A DNA stretch of 57,822 nucleotides from Actinomycetota bacterium (GTDB lineage Bacteria; Actinomycetota; UBA4738): NCBI GenBank assembly GCA_044870295.1, contig JBIOYQ010000142.1, positions 1-57,822 of the forward strand. The letters run 5' to 3'. Of this stretch, positions 1-10,280 are shown in pieces. The notes below the pieces were generated by a model, which did not search any database, was not told where the DNA came from, and was given only the letters and a program-made list of their open reading frames with translations. Every line of letters starts with the position of its first letter. Position 1 is the first letter of the stretch. A program made the translations under genes and the position numbers.

Positions 1-82
1 GATACGTTTGCCCTTGTCCACCGCTATCGCTCGAGCAACATCGTCGAGTGAGCAAGCCGCGCGTCAGGCGTTTGGCACCCGC

Positions 83-445
83 TCAAAACACCAGGAGTTT
101 GTCGACCTCCTCGGCGAGCTTGGCGGCCTCCGTGGGCGTGGTCCACTGCCCATGGACGGCGGCCAGGTCCTCCTCGGTCGCCCCACGGGCGACCCCACAG
201 CCCTTTCAAACGAAGACGGTGGCTCCGCCGTCCTTCAGCTTCGCGATCAACTCGCGCATCGGGGGCACGCCGACCCCTTCGATGTTCTCTGCATTGTTTC
301 CGATCACGACCTCGGCGCCGTCACCCGCGAAGAGCACCGTGACGTCGTGGCCCACTTCGAGCGACCCGTTGACCGCCATGTGCAAGGGGATGGATGCCGC
401 GGTGGCGTCGCCGGTACCCCTGGTCACGATGTAGAGGAACTTCAC
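83..445 (-). CDS. DsrE/DsrF-like sulfur-relay family protein, candidate selenoprotein (in-frame TGA 206..208 read as Sec; 120 aa conceptual product)
   Basis: The 79-aa track ORF (MKFLYIVTRGTGDATAASIPLHMAVNGS...GGATVFV) looks like the N-terminal two thirds of a DsrE-family protein. It has a GTG start at 445 with SD AAGGAGGT 6 nt upstream. The same frame stays open after TGA 206..208 for 40 codons (KGCGVARGATEEDL...EEVDKLLVF) up to TGA 83..85. A hairpin follows the internal TGA. Confidence 0.55.
176..194 (-). promoter_or_regulatory. SECIS-like hairpin downstream of the in-frame UGA (GGUCGCC-CGUGG-GGCGACC)
   Basis: Perfect 7 bp (8 bp with a closing C:G pair) GC-rich stem starting 11 nt after UGA 206..208. 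The apical loop contains G and U about 19-23 nt from the UGA. Confidence 0.45.
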
Positions 446-536
446 GTCGCACCTCCTTGGTACCTTGCGGCGAGCCTAGCCTTCGTCCACGCCGTAGGTC
501 CAATCCCGCGAAGTCGACCCGGATGGAGGATCCGCA

Positions 537-1394
537 TCACCGAGCCGCGAGGATCACCTCGGGGACCGCCTTCGCCCCGTCGTCGCGGTAGATGCCGATG
601 AGCGTTCCATCTGGCCCTACCGCTCGATACGGACCGGCGATGCCCGCGGGGCCGAGGATGCGGCCATGCGATGCCGCGATGGCCTCTTCGGGATCCAGCC
701 GGAACTCGGGAAGGTGATCGACGGCCCGTTCGGCCGGCAACAGAGGTCCCGGATCGTCCGGTGAACGGGCGTCCTGGACCCTGAGGGGTCCAACGGACGA
801 TCGCCGAAGGGCCGCCAGGTGCGCCCCGCACCCGAGAGCCTTCCCGACGTCGGCCACGAGCGAGCGGACGTAGGTCCCGCCGGAGCACGTAACGCTGAAG
901 TCGAACCGCGGCGAATCGAACGCGTCCAGCTCGAACGCGTAGACCTCCACCGTGCGGGGGGGGGCGTGAACGTCGTCGCCGCGACGGGCGGCCCGATACA
1001 GGCGCTCTCCACCCACCTTGACCGCCGAATACGCCGGAGGGGTCTGCTCGATCCGGCCCACGAACCGGGCCATGGCGTCCCGGAGCGCTGCCTCCTGGAC
1101 GTCCACGTGGGAGGTCTCCGAGGCCACCTCACCCTCTGCGTCCAGCGTCGTCGTCTCGACCCCGAGGACACCCGTGCCCTGGTAGCCCTTGGCGAGGTCC
1201 CCGAGGAACCGCAGCAACCGGGTCGCTCTCCCGACACCGAGCACCAGCAGGCCGGTGGCCATAGGATCGAGGGTGCCGGCGTGCCCGACCTTGCGGATCC
1301 CCAGCACCCGTCGCACGCGAGCCACGGCGTCGTGAGAGGTGATGCCTGCGGGCTTGTCGATGAGGAGGACGCCGCCGGGGTGCTGGTCAGGCAT
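537..1394 (-). CDS. truB: tRNA pseudouridine(55) synthase TruB
   Basis: Motifs LLIDKPAGITSHD and VGHAGTLDPMATGLLVLGVGRATRLL. Start placed at ATG 1394 (MPDQHPGGVLLIDKP); the upstream 16 codons in the track ORF overlap the end of nrnA. Confidence 0.93.
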   Translation of the reverse strand: MPDQHPGGVLLIDKPAGITSHDAVARVRRVLGIRKVGHAGTLDPMATGLLVLGVGRATRLLRFLGDLAKGYQGTGVLGVETTTLDAEGEVASETSHVDVQEAALRDAMARFVGRIEQTPPAYSAVKVGGERLYRAARRGDDVHAPPRTVEVYAFELDAFDSPRFDFSVTCSGGTYVRSLVADVGKALGCGAHLAALRRSSVGPLRVQDARSPDDPGPLLPAERAVDHLPEFRLDPEEAIAASHGRILGPAGIAGPYRAVGPDGTLIGIYRDDGAKAVPEVILAAR

Positions 1395-2424
1395 CCGTGC
1401 GGCCGGGCGACGTCTCAGCACCTCGCGCGCTCCGCAGCACATCCGTGAGCCGCAGCGCAGTGTCCTCGAGGCCGGTGGTGGACGTGTACCCCGCCGCCAG
1501 GCGATGGCCGCCGCCTCCGAATGCCGCGGCGACGCTGCCCACGTCGGTGGACCCCCGGGATCGCAAGCTCACCCGGAACCGGCCGTCGGCCTGCTGCTTG
1601 ATCACGCACGCAACGTCGGCTTCACGGGCGGTTCGGACCACGTCGATCAGATCGTCGAGCTCGGCCAACGACGAGCCGGCCCGGGCCAGGTCCATCTGCG
1701 TGAGGTACGTCCACACCAGGCTGGCCTCTGGAACGAGGGCGACCCGCTGGAGGGCCACCGCGGTGAGCTTGATCGATGCGACGGATCCTTCCTCGAACAG
1801 CGCCTGGGCCAGGCGGACGTGGTCGAACGGGTGCCTTCGAAGTTCGGCGGCCACGCGAAGGGTCTCAGGTGTGGTCGCCTCGTATTGGAACCTGCCGGTA
1901 TCGGTCACCAGGCCGGCGTAGAGGTAGCCGGCCGACGCGTCGGGCAGCTCGCCTCCCATGCGCTCGATCAACCGGAACACCAGCTCGGCGGTGGAGGAAG
2001 CGGCTGGGTCCAGCACCAGGATGGACCCGAATCCGGGATTGGTCCGGTGATGGTCGATCACGATGACCTCGCGGGACTGCTCCGCGCTCGCCAGGAGCAT
2101 GCCGAGGCGGTCGGGCGCGGCCGTGTCCAGCGCCACCATCACCGGGGGGGCGGAAGGGAACGCCCGAGGTTCGACGATCGGCACGTTGCCGTCGAGGACG
2201 GCCAGCCACGATGGCCGAGCCAAGGGGTCGTTCCCCCACGAGCACACGACCTCGGTCCCGCGCGCCGCCAGATAGCACGCCAGCCCGAGCATGGAACCGA
2301 TGGCGTCGGGATCTGGATTGACGTGACAGGCCAGGGCGACGGTGGTCGCGCTCGACAGTGCGCCCGCGGCGCGGTCGAGCGCTCCGTCCAGTCCTTCAGT
2401 CTTCGTGCGCTTCGTCGTCTTCAT
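1387..2424 (-). CDS. nrnA: DHH-family phosphoesterase, NrnA-like oligoribonuclease / pAp phosphatase
   Basis: Motifs LACHVNPDPDAIGS, VIVIDHHRTN and a C-terminal GGGGHRLAAG (DHH/DHHA1). The start is uncertain: in-frame ATGs lie at 2496, 2460, 2451 and 2424, all inside the rbfA acidic-tail coding tract. I chose 2424. Confidence 0.8.
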   Translation of the reverse strand: MKTTKRTKTEGLDGALDRAAGALSSATTVALACHVNPDPDAIGSMLGLACYLAARGTEVVCSWGNDPLARPSWLAVLDGNVPIVEPRAFPSAPPVMVALDTAAPDRLGMLLASAEQSREVIVIDHHRTNPGFGSILVLDPAASSTAELVFRLIERMGGELPDASAGYLYAGLVTDTGRFQYEATTPETLRVAAELRRHPFDHVRLAQALFEEGSVASIKLTAVALQRVALVPEASLVWTYLTQMDLARAGSSLAELDDLIDVVRTAREADVACVIKQQADGRFRVSLRSRGSTDVGSVAAAFGGGGHRLAAGYTSTTGLEDTALRLTDVLRSARGAETSPGRTDA

Positions 2425-2848
2425 CCTCTTCGTCGTCCTCGTGTTCGTCATCGTCTTCATCGTCTTCGTCGTCACCCGCGCCCTCGCCGGCGCCATCCGG
2501 CGCCGACTGGGCGCCGATCTGGCGAAGCAGCTCGGTGACCCGCTCGACCTGGGCTAGGCCGACGTCCTCCTCGAACTCGAGCTCGGGCGTGAACTTCAGG
2601 CGCACCTGCTGCCCCAGCACCCCCCGCAAGTGGGACCGGGCCGACTGGAGGCCGGCTCGCGTGGCCCGGTGGTCACGGTCCTTGCCCATCACCGTGTAGT
2701 AGATGGTGGCCCGCCGGAGGTCGGGACTCACCTCCACCCGCGTCACGGTGACGAATCCGACGCGTGGGTCCTTCAGCCGTGGGATCTCCTCGGCCAGGAC
2801 CTCCCGGAACTCCTCGGCGACCCGTTCGGGTCGGGCTCCTCCGCTCAT
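2396..2848 (-). CDS. rbfA: ribosome-binding factor A with a long acidic C-terminal tail
   Basis: RVAEEFREVLAEEI...DPRVGFVTVTRVEVSPDLRRATIYY is the RbfA signature, and the position between infB/DUF503 and nrnA/truB fits. The tail is DDEDDEDDDEHEDDEEDEDDEAHED. Confidence 0.9.
   Translation of the reverse strand: MSGGARPERVAEEFREVLAEEIPRLKDPRVGFVTVTRVEVSPDLRRATIYYTVMGKDRDHRATRAGLQSARSHLRGVLGQQVRLKFTPELEFEEDVGLAQVERVTELLRQIGAQSAPDGAGEGAGDDEDDEDDDEHEDDEEDEDDEAHED
2399..2476 (-). repeat. triplet-periodic GA-rich tract (GAC/GAA/GAT)n encoding the RbfA poly-D/E tail
   Basis: Plus strand reads cttcgtcgtcttcatcctcttcgtcgtcctcgtgttcgtcatcgtcttcatcgtcttcgtcgtc. The same strand in the +1 frame gives the K/T/R-rich N-terminus of the long nrnA ORF. 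Confidence 0.6.
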
Positions 2849-2863
2849 GTCGGCTCCCCGCTC

Positions 2864-3157
2864 CTAGTCGTCGGGTCCGTGCAACGAGAGGTCGGCATCG
2901 ATGATCTCCACCTCGCCCCATCGGTCGATGTGGCGCTCCACCTCGTGCATGACCCGCTTGACGTGAAAGGCGTCCCCCGCCACCGACGACACCGCGATGG
3001 TGGTCCGTTGCCACAGGTCGTGGTGGTCCACCTCGGCCACGGCCACATTGAACTTCTGGCGCAGCGACGCGGTGAGCGTCTTGACCACGTGCCGTTTCTC
3101 CTTGAGCGATGCTGCGCCCGGGATGCGGAGGTCGAACCGGCACAGCCCGACCAGCAT
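2864..3157 (-). CDS. DUF503 domain protein (YlxP-like)
   Basis: MLVGLCRFDLRIPGAASLKEKRHVVKTL... is typical of DUF503. ATG at 3157 has SD AAGGAGG 5 nt upstream. Sits between infB and rbfA as in other Gram-positives. Confidence 0.85.
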   Translation of the reverse strand: MLVGLCRFDLRIPGAASLKEKRHVVKTLTASLRQKFNVAVAEVDHHDLWQRTTIAVSSVAGDAFHVKRVMHEVERHIDRWGEVEIIDADLSLHGPDD

Positions 3158-3177
3158 CTCGCCTCCTTGCGGCCCGC

Positions 3178-5285
<2,108 letters not shown>

Positions 5286-5289
<4 letters not shown>

Positions 5290-5567
5290 CGATCGTCTCC
5301 TGCCATCTCGAACAGTTGCTGCACTAGCCTAGCGGCCTCCGCTGGCTCCAGGGCGCTCCGCAATGCGTGTGCCAGAGCGCCGCGCCGGATGGCCCGCTCC
5401 ATGCACGACCGCGAGCGGTGCACGTACGCTCCCCGCCCCGGGGCCCGCCCGGTAGGGTCCGGCTCGACCCGGCCCTCGGGGAGGCGGACCACCCTGACGA
5501 ACTCGTCCTTGGTGCCCTTCGTCCGGCAGCCCACGCACGTGCGTTCGGGCTGGCGGCGCGGGGGCAC
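5286..5567 (-). CDS. ylxR: YlxR/RnpM family protein (DUF448)
   Basis: RTCVGCR...GRGAYV motif; located between nusA and infB. Confidence 0.88.
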
Positions 5568-5572
5568 GGAGG

Positions 5573-6775
5573 TCAGGCCGACGCCGACGCCTCCGGCTCG
5601 GCGGGCTCGGGGTCGGGAGGCACCGAGCCGTCTCCCGGCGCGGCGATCTCCACTTCGGGCGCCTCGCCCGCTTGCGACAGGATCGCGGGTTCGCTGTCCG
5701 GCACCGTGGCCGTCGCAGGCGCCTCGCCGCTCTCGGGCTCCTTCGCCTTGCGCTCTCGCTTCACCCGATCCTCTTCCGCCGACTGGGTCTCGCTCTTGAT
5801 GTCGATGCGGTAGCCGGTCAGCTTGGCCGCGAGCCGGGCGTTCTGCCCTTCCTTGCCGATGGCCAGCGACAGCTGGTAGTCGGGCACGATCACCTTCGCC
5901 GACCCGGTGGCGGGGTCCACGTGGACCTCCTTCACCTTGGCCGGGGCCAGGGCGTTGGCCACGAACCGCTCGGAGTCATCGATCCACTGCACCACGTCGA
6001 TCTTCTCGCCGCGCAGTTCGTTGACCACCATGCGGACGCGCGATCCCTTGGGGCCGACGCACGCGCCGACGGGGTCGACGCCCGGTTCGTGGGACGTCAC
6101 CGCGATCTTCGACCGGTGACCCGGCTCCCTGGCGACGGCCTTGATCTCGACGATCCCCTGGTCGATCTCCGGCACCTCGAGCTGGAACAGCCTCCGCAGC
6201 AGGCCGGGATGGGTCCGGCTGACCACGATCTGCGGGCCCTTGGTGGTGCGACGCACCTCGACGATGTAGGCCTTCAGCCGTTCGCCGTGGCGGTACGGCT
6301 CGGACGGGACCTGCTCGGCTTGCGGCAGCAGCGCCTCCACCTTGCCCAGGTCCAACAGGGTGTAGCGATGCGAGTCCTGCTGGATGATGCCCGTCACGAT
6401 GTCGCCCTCGCGGCCCGAGAACTCCTCGTAGGTCATCTCGCGCTCCGCGTCGCGGAGTTTCTGGTAGATGACCTGCTTCGCCGTCTGGGCCGCGATGCGT
6501 CCGAGGAAGTCGGCGGGGACGTCCTCTTCTTTCTCCGACAGGACCTCGCCGGTCTCCTCCTCCAGGACCTGCATCCACGCGCGCATCTCGCCGCTCTCTG
6601 GATCCAGCTGGACGCGAACGCCCGTGGTCTCCTCGTCGAGCTCGGGGTCGTGGGCGAGCTTGTAGGACTTGTAGGCCGACGCCAGCGCCTCCTCCAGCCC
6701 GGCAAGGATCGTCTGGAACGGGATGCCCTTCTCCCGCTCCAGCTCTCGCAGCGCCACGATGAGTTCTTGGTTCAC
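5573..6775 (-). CDS. nusA: transcription termination/antitermination factor NusA
   Basis: [19 protein letters not shown] at the N-terminus, followed by S1 and KH regions ([27 protein letters not shown]). Start placed at GTG 6775, which overlaps the rimP stop as GTGA. C-terminal tail is E/P/A-rich. Confidence 0.93.
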   Translation of the reverse strand: MNQELIVALRELEREKGIPFQTILAGLEEALASAYKSYKLAHDPELDEETTGVRVQLDPESGEMRAWMQVLEEETGEVLSEKEEDVPADFLGRIAAQTAKQVIYQKLRDAEREMTYEEFSGREGDIVTGIIQQDSHRYTLLDLGKVEALLPQAEQVPSEPYRHGERLKAYIVEVRRTTKGPQIVVSRTHPGLLRRLFQLEVPEIDQGIVEIKAVAREPGHRSKIAVTSHEPGVDPVGACVGPKGSRVRMVVNELRGEKIDVVQWIDDSERFVANALAPAKVKEVHVDPATGSAKVIVPDYQLSLAIGKEGQNARLAAKLTGYRIDIKSETQSAEEDRVKRERKAKEPESGEAPATATVPDSEPAILSQAGEAPEVEIAAPGDGSVPPDPEPAEPEASASA

Positions 6776-7245
6776 GACCGCTTGCCTCGTTCCTTCAGTT
6801 CCGCTTCCCAATCTGCCACGATCCGGGCCGACGCGATGAGGTCGTACCGCAGGACCACCTCGCCCTGCTCGGTGGCGACCCGCACGTCGTCCTCGGCCGC
6901 TTCCACCAGCGTCCCGGCGAAATTCCGAGAGCCGTCCACCGGCTCGAACGTCTTGATCCTGACCCGACTCCCCACGCGCTTGGCGAAGTCGCCGGGTCCC
7001 TTGAGCCGTCGCTCGATCCCCGGCGAGCTGACCTCAAGCGAATACGGGCCGGGATCGAACCCTTCCAGATCCAGCCGTCGACCGATCCGATCGCTGGCTT
7101 CCGCGATCGCCTCCAGGTCCACACCACCCTCGCGGTCGACCGTCACCTTGAGGAGCGACCGGCCCGGAGCGTGGTGGAGCGTCACGTCCACCAGCTCGAG
7201 CCCCGCCCCTTCCACGACCGGCCGGATGGTCTCCTCCACGTCCAT
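6772..7245 (-). CDS. rimP: ribosome maturation factor RimP
   Basis: LELVDV...L.V.VD..GGVDLE...[15 protein letters not shown], and position upstream of nusA. ATG at 7245 is preferred over TTG at 7260, which lies in the terminator U-tract. Confidence 0.88.
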   Translation of the reverse strand: MDVEETIRPVVEGAGLELVDVTLHHAPGRSLLKVTVDREGGVDLEAIAEASDRIGRRLDLEGFDPGPYSLEVSSPGIERRLKGPGDFAKRVGSRVRIKTFEPVDGSRNFAGTLVEAAEDDVRVATEQGEVVLRYDLIASARIVADWEAELKERGKRS

Positions 7246-7258
7246 TTTTGCTCTCACC

Positions 7259-7292
7259 AATCACAAAAGAACGTGGGCGCTGGCCCACGTTC
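7259..7292 (-). terminator. intrinsic terminator / leader attenuator hairpin (GAACGUGGGC-CAGC-GCCCACGUUC + UUUUGUGAUU)
   Basis: Perfect 10-bp GC-rich stem (7269..7278 pairs with 7283..7292), a 4-nt loop and a U-tract on the minus strand. Lies 69 nt after the stop of the 7361..7642 ORF and 14 nt before the rimP ATG. Confidence 0.7.
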
Positions 7293-7320
7293 CGGTCGTG
7301 CCCGTTCGTTGTACTAGCCG

Positions 7321-7329
7321 AGTATAACA
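7321..7329 (-). promoter_or_regulatory. candidate extended -10 promoter element TGTTATACT for rimP-nusA-infB
   Basis: Minus strand reads GGTGTTATACTCGG (TGn + TATACT). No convincing -35 element. Located upstream of the hairpin at 7269..7292. Confidence 0.3.
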
Positions 7330-7360
7330 CCGCTCGTTTTCACGGCCGCCCGGGGAACGG

Positions 7361-7642
7361 TCACAGAGCGCGGCGCTGGCCGCCGGGCTGGTTCCAGTGG
7401 TCCCGCTTGTTCATCCGCTTGACCATCCGGTCGTCCCACCCGCGGTGCAGCGGCAGGTCCAACCCGTCGGCGACGGACACGGCGACCTCTTCGGAGGTGA
7501 ACACCCACCGGGTCCAATTCCCGTCGACGTCGATCAGCAGCAGGTCGTACGTGTTCAGGCCGCACCGCTGCAGCACGGCCTCCACGTCGGGTCGGAGCAG
7601 CTTGAAGTCGCGCAACTCTTTGGGGATGGCGCCCGTCATCAT
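7361..7642 (-). CDS. hypothetical small protein (about 93 aa)
   Basis: The C-terminal part of track ORF 7361..7909 (MMTGAIPKELRDFKLLRPDVEAVLQRCGLNTYDLLLIDVDGNW...) has normal composition, whereas the upstream part is R/S/P-rich and overlaps the preceding gene. No family recognised. Confidence 0.5.
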   Translation of the reverse strand: MMTGAIPKELRDFKLLRPDVEAVLQRCGLNTYDLLLIDVDGNWTRWVFTSEEVAVSVADGLDLPLHRGWDDRMVKRMNKRDHWNQPGGQRRAL

Positions 7643-7685
7643 CGTGGAGCGTAGGTTCGCTCCTCGCGATCGGCAACTCGGGCCA

Positions 7686-8516
7686 TCAGCCGGGAACGTC
7701 GGGGCGAGGAGGAACCGGCGGAGCCTTATCGGCGGACGAGGCACCGAATGGCGGCACGTCGACCCGTCGTGCGTAGAACGCCACCGTCGCCCCCTTGAAC
7801 ACGAGCCCCAACAGGACACCCACGGCGGCGAGCCCCGCCGAGATGAGCCGGACTGTCTCGGGGATGGATGGAGGGCGTTGGCCCATTTGGATGGCGTGCA
7901 ACGTTGCACGCAGGCGGCGGACGGTGGCTACGCCTGGAATGAGGTTGGCGATGATCAAGATGGCCAGCGGCGGAACCAGCACGTAGAGAGCCGTCCGCGG
8001 CCACTCCGCACGGATCATGCGCAGGCCCAAAGTGAGGGCTTCGCGGGCGCTCTTCGTCGTGAATGCGAGGGCAGGTGTGACGAACGTGATCGCGAAGTCG
8101 ATGAGGATCGCTGCGACCGAGGCACCAACGAAGGCGCCGACGATGTCACTCTCCAGGAGCCAGCCGACCCCCGCCCCCACCGCGACCACGGGAGTCACGA
8201 GCAGTTGAGTTCGGATGAATCGACCGAAATAGCCCCACGTGGCCTTGAAGGCGTGGTCGAAGGTAAACGGCTGGCCTCTGAATGCCCTCAGGATCCAAAG
8301 ACGCTGCGTACCGGGGAACCCGACGGCGAAGAACCACACCGGAGCCACGAGAGTGTTGAAGGCGTCTGGCACCAGTAGCGGAGCGCTGAGGATCAACAGC
8401 GACGTCACCGAGAGCCAGGGTCGACTCACCATCAGCTGAACCGCGGAGCGAACGTCCGCGATGAACCCCGGGTCGGCCGCGCCCAGCGTGACGTAACTCT
8501 CGCCGGACGGATCCAC
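7686..8516 (-). CDS. hypothetical polytopic membrane protein
   Basis: Several hydrophobic segments (LLILSAPLLV, VAPVWFFAVGF, VVAVGAGVGWLL, GAFVGASVAAILIDFAITFV, LYVLVPPLAILIIANLI, LAAVGVLLGLVF). Start lies 3 nt after the proS stop. No family recognised. Confidence 0.6.
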   Translation of the reverse strand: MDPSGESYVTLGAADPGFIADVRSAVQLMVSRPWLSVTSLLILSAPLLVPDAFNTLVAPVWFFAVGFPGTQRLWILRAFRGQPFTFDHAFKATWGYFGRFIRTQLLVTPVVAVGAGVGWLLESDIVGAFVGASVAAILIDFAITFVTPALAFTTKSAREALTLGLRMIRAEWPRTALYVLVPPLAILIIANLIPGVATVRRLRATLHAIQMGQRPPSIPETVRLISAGLAAVGVLLGLVFKGATVAFYARRVDVPPFGASSADKAPPVPPRPDVPG

Positions 8517-8518
8517 CG

Positions 8519-10228
8519 TCAGGGTGCCGCCGCGAGGAGCTCCGATGCTGCGGCGGCGGCACCAGCGAGCGGCGCCTTCTCGCGCTGTCCGGTGGCACGG
8601 ACCTTGAGGTCGACCGTCCCAGCCTCGATCCCCCGCTTGCCCACCACCACCTGGAGCGGGTACCCGATGAGGTCGGCGTCGGCGAACTTCACGCCCGCCG
8701 ACTCCTCCCGATCATCGATCACCACAGCCAGGCCTGCGGCCAGCAACGCCTGATAGAGCTGCTCGGCCGCCTCCACCACCGCCGGCATGTCCATGTTGGT
8801 CGGCACGACCACGGCGTCGTACGGCGCCACCGACTTCGGCCATCGCAGGCCATCGTCGTCGGATGACTGCTCCACGATGGCGGGGACGATCCTGGTCACG
8901 CCGATCCCGTAGCACCCCATCTGGTACGGCTGCTCGGTCCCGTCCTCGTCCACGAAGGTGGCCTTCAGCGGCTTCGAATACCGCGTGCCCAGCTGGTACG
9001 TGTGGCCGACCACGATTCCCTTGGCCAGCTGCAGCCGGCCGTCGCATCGTGGGCACGGATCGCCGGGCCGGACCTGGGCGACGTCCTCCCACCGGTCCAC
9101 TCGGAAGTCCCGATCGACGTTCGCCCCGGTGACATGGGCGTCGGGCACGTTGGCTCCGGTGACCCAGTTCCTGCCGGCCCGGACCGAATGATCGGCCATC
9201 ACGGCCACCTCGTCCGGCATGCCCTGCGGTCCCACGTATCCCTTCACGAACCTCCTGGAAGCGAAGTCCGCGTCCTCGAACAGCCGAACCGGCGACGGCC
9301 ACATGGCCCGAGCCACCTTGTCGTCGTTCACCTCTCGGTCCCCGGGGATCAGGACGGCGACGGTCCGCCCGCCGGCGTCGTACAGGATGGTCTTGAGCAG
9401 GTCCGAGGACGGCCGGCTGAGCAGCTCCGACACCGCCTGGATGCTGGATCGTCCCGGCGTCGGGATCTCGGTGAGCGGCTCCAGGTCGCCGGCCGCAGGG
9501 GCCTCCGGCGGCCGCGACGTGGCGGCCTCGATGTCGGCGGCATAGTCGCAGTTCTCGCAGTAGACGAACTCGTCCTCACCCACGGGAGAGACCGCGATGA
9601 ACTCGTGGTTGACGTCGCCCCCGATCTGACCGGGGTCGGCCTCCACGACGCGATAGTCCAGGCCGCAGCGGTCGAAGATGCGGCGGTATGCGGCGAGCAT
9701 GACCGCGTAGCTCTCGCGCAATCCTGCCTCATCGCGGTCGAAGGAGTAGGCATCCTTCATCAGGAACTCTCGAGCACGGAGCAGCCCGAAGCGCGGACGG
9801 AACTCGTCGCGGTACTTCCACTCGATCTGGTACAGGTTGACGGGAAGGTCTCGGTACGAGGTGAACTCACCTGCCACCAGGGGCGTGACGGCCTCCTCGT
9901 GGGTCGGCCCCAGGCCCATCTCCCGCTCGTGCCGGTCCTTCAGCTTGAACATCAGCTCGCCGTACGTGTCCCACCGGCCGGTGACCTTCCAGGGTTCGGC
10001 GGGCAGGATGATCGGCAGTCGAGTCTCTTGCGCCCCCGACGCGTCCATCTCCTGACGGATGATCTCCTCCACCCTGCGCAGCGTCCGCCAGCCGAGTGGC
10101 AGCCACGAGTAGATCCCGGCGGCGAGCTTGCGGATGTAGGCCGCCCGGATCAGGAGCTTGTGCGAGGCGACCTCGGCCTCGGCCGGCGCCTCCCGCAGCG
10201 TTCGGGCGAACAGCTTCGACATCCGCAT
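8519..10228 (-). CDS. proS: proline--tRNA ligase (bacterial type with editing domain)
   Basis: MRMSKLFARTLREAPAEAEVASHKLLIRAAYIRKLAAGIYSWLPLG, class II motifs (FRDE.RPRFGLLRAREFLMKDAYSF, GCYGIGVTR), 569 aa. Confidence 0.96.
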   Translation of the reverse strand: MRMSKLFARTLREAPAEAEVASHKLLIRAAYIRKLAAGIYSWLPLGWRTLRRVEEIIRQEMDASGAQETRLPIILPAEPWKVTGRWDTYGELMFKLKDRHEREMGLGPTHEEAVTPLVAGEFTSYRDLPVNLYQIEWKYRDEFRPRFGLLRAREFLMKDAYSFDRDEAGLRESYAVMLAAYRRIFDRCGLDYRVVEADPGQIGGDVNHEFIAVSPVGEDEFVYCENCDYAADIEAATSRPPEAPAAGDLEPLTEIPTPGRSSIQAVSELLSRPSSDLLKTILYDAGGRTVAVLIPGDREVNDDKVARAMWPSPVRLFEDADFASRRFVKGYVGPQGMPDEVAVMADHSVRAGRNWVTGANVPDAHVTGANVDRDFRVDRWEDVAQVRPGDPCPRCDGRLQLAKGIVVGHTYQLGTRYSKPLKATFVDEDGTEQPYQMGCYGIGVTRIVPAIVEQSSDDDGLRWPKSVAPYDAVVVPTNMDMPAVVEAAEQLYQALLAAGLAVVIDDREESAGVKFADADLIGYPLQVVVGKRGIEAGTVDLKVRATGQREKAPLAGAAAAASELLAAAP

Positions 10229-10280
10229 GACGGTTCAGGATACGGGACGGGGGATGCCCGTATCCCGAACCGTCGGCCAG

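Noticed and set aside
1-82. Possible start of another minus-strand gene (GTG GAC AAG GGC AAA CGT ATC...) running off the left edge of the window.
   Set aside because: Only 7 codons are visible, with no clear SD, so it cannot be supported from this window.
2342-2557. Plus-strand 71-aa ORF with a striking poly-Phe/Val/Ile hydrophobic core (FVRFVVFILFVVLVFVIVFIVFVV) that looks like a TM peptide.
   Set aside because: It is the exact antisense reading of the GA-rich tract encoding the RbfA poly-D/E tail (GAA/GAC reads as TTC/GTC on the other strand). It is a compositional mirror artefact with no independent start context.
7726-7733. Perfect match on the minus strand to the sigma-28/WhiG -10 consensus GCCGATAA, 84 nt upstream of the small ORF 7361..7642.
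   Set aside because: The position 15 nt upstream reads GCCA instead of TAAA, so there is no -35 element. An 8-mer match is expected about once by chance in about 115 kb of two-strand sequence, and it lies inside the preceding coding region. Worth remembering only if WhiG regulon data appear.
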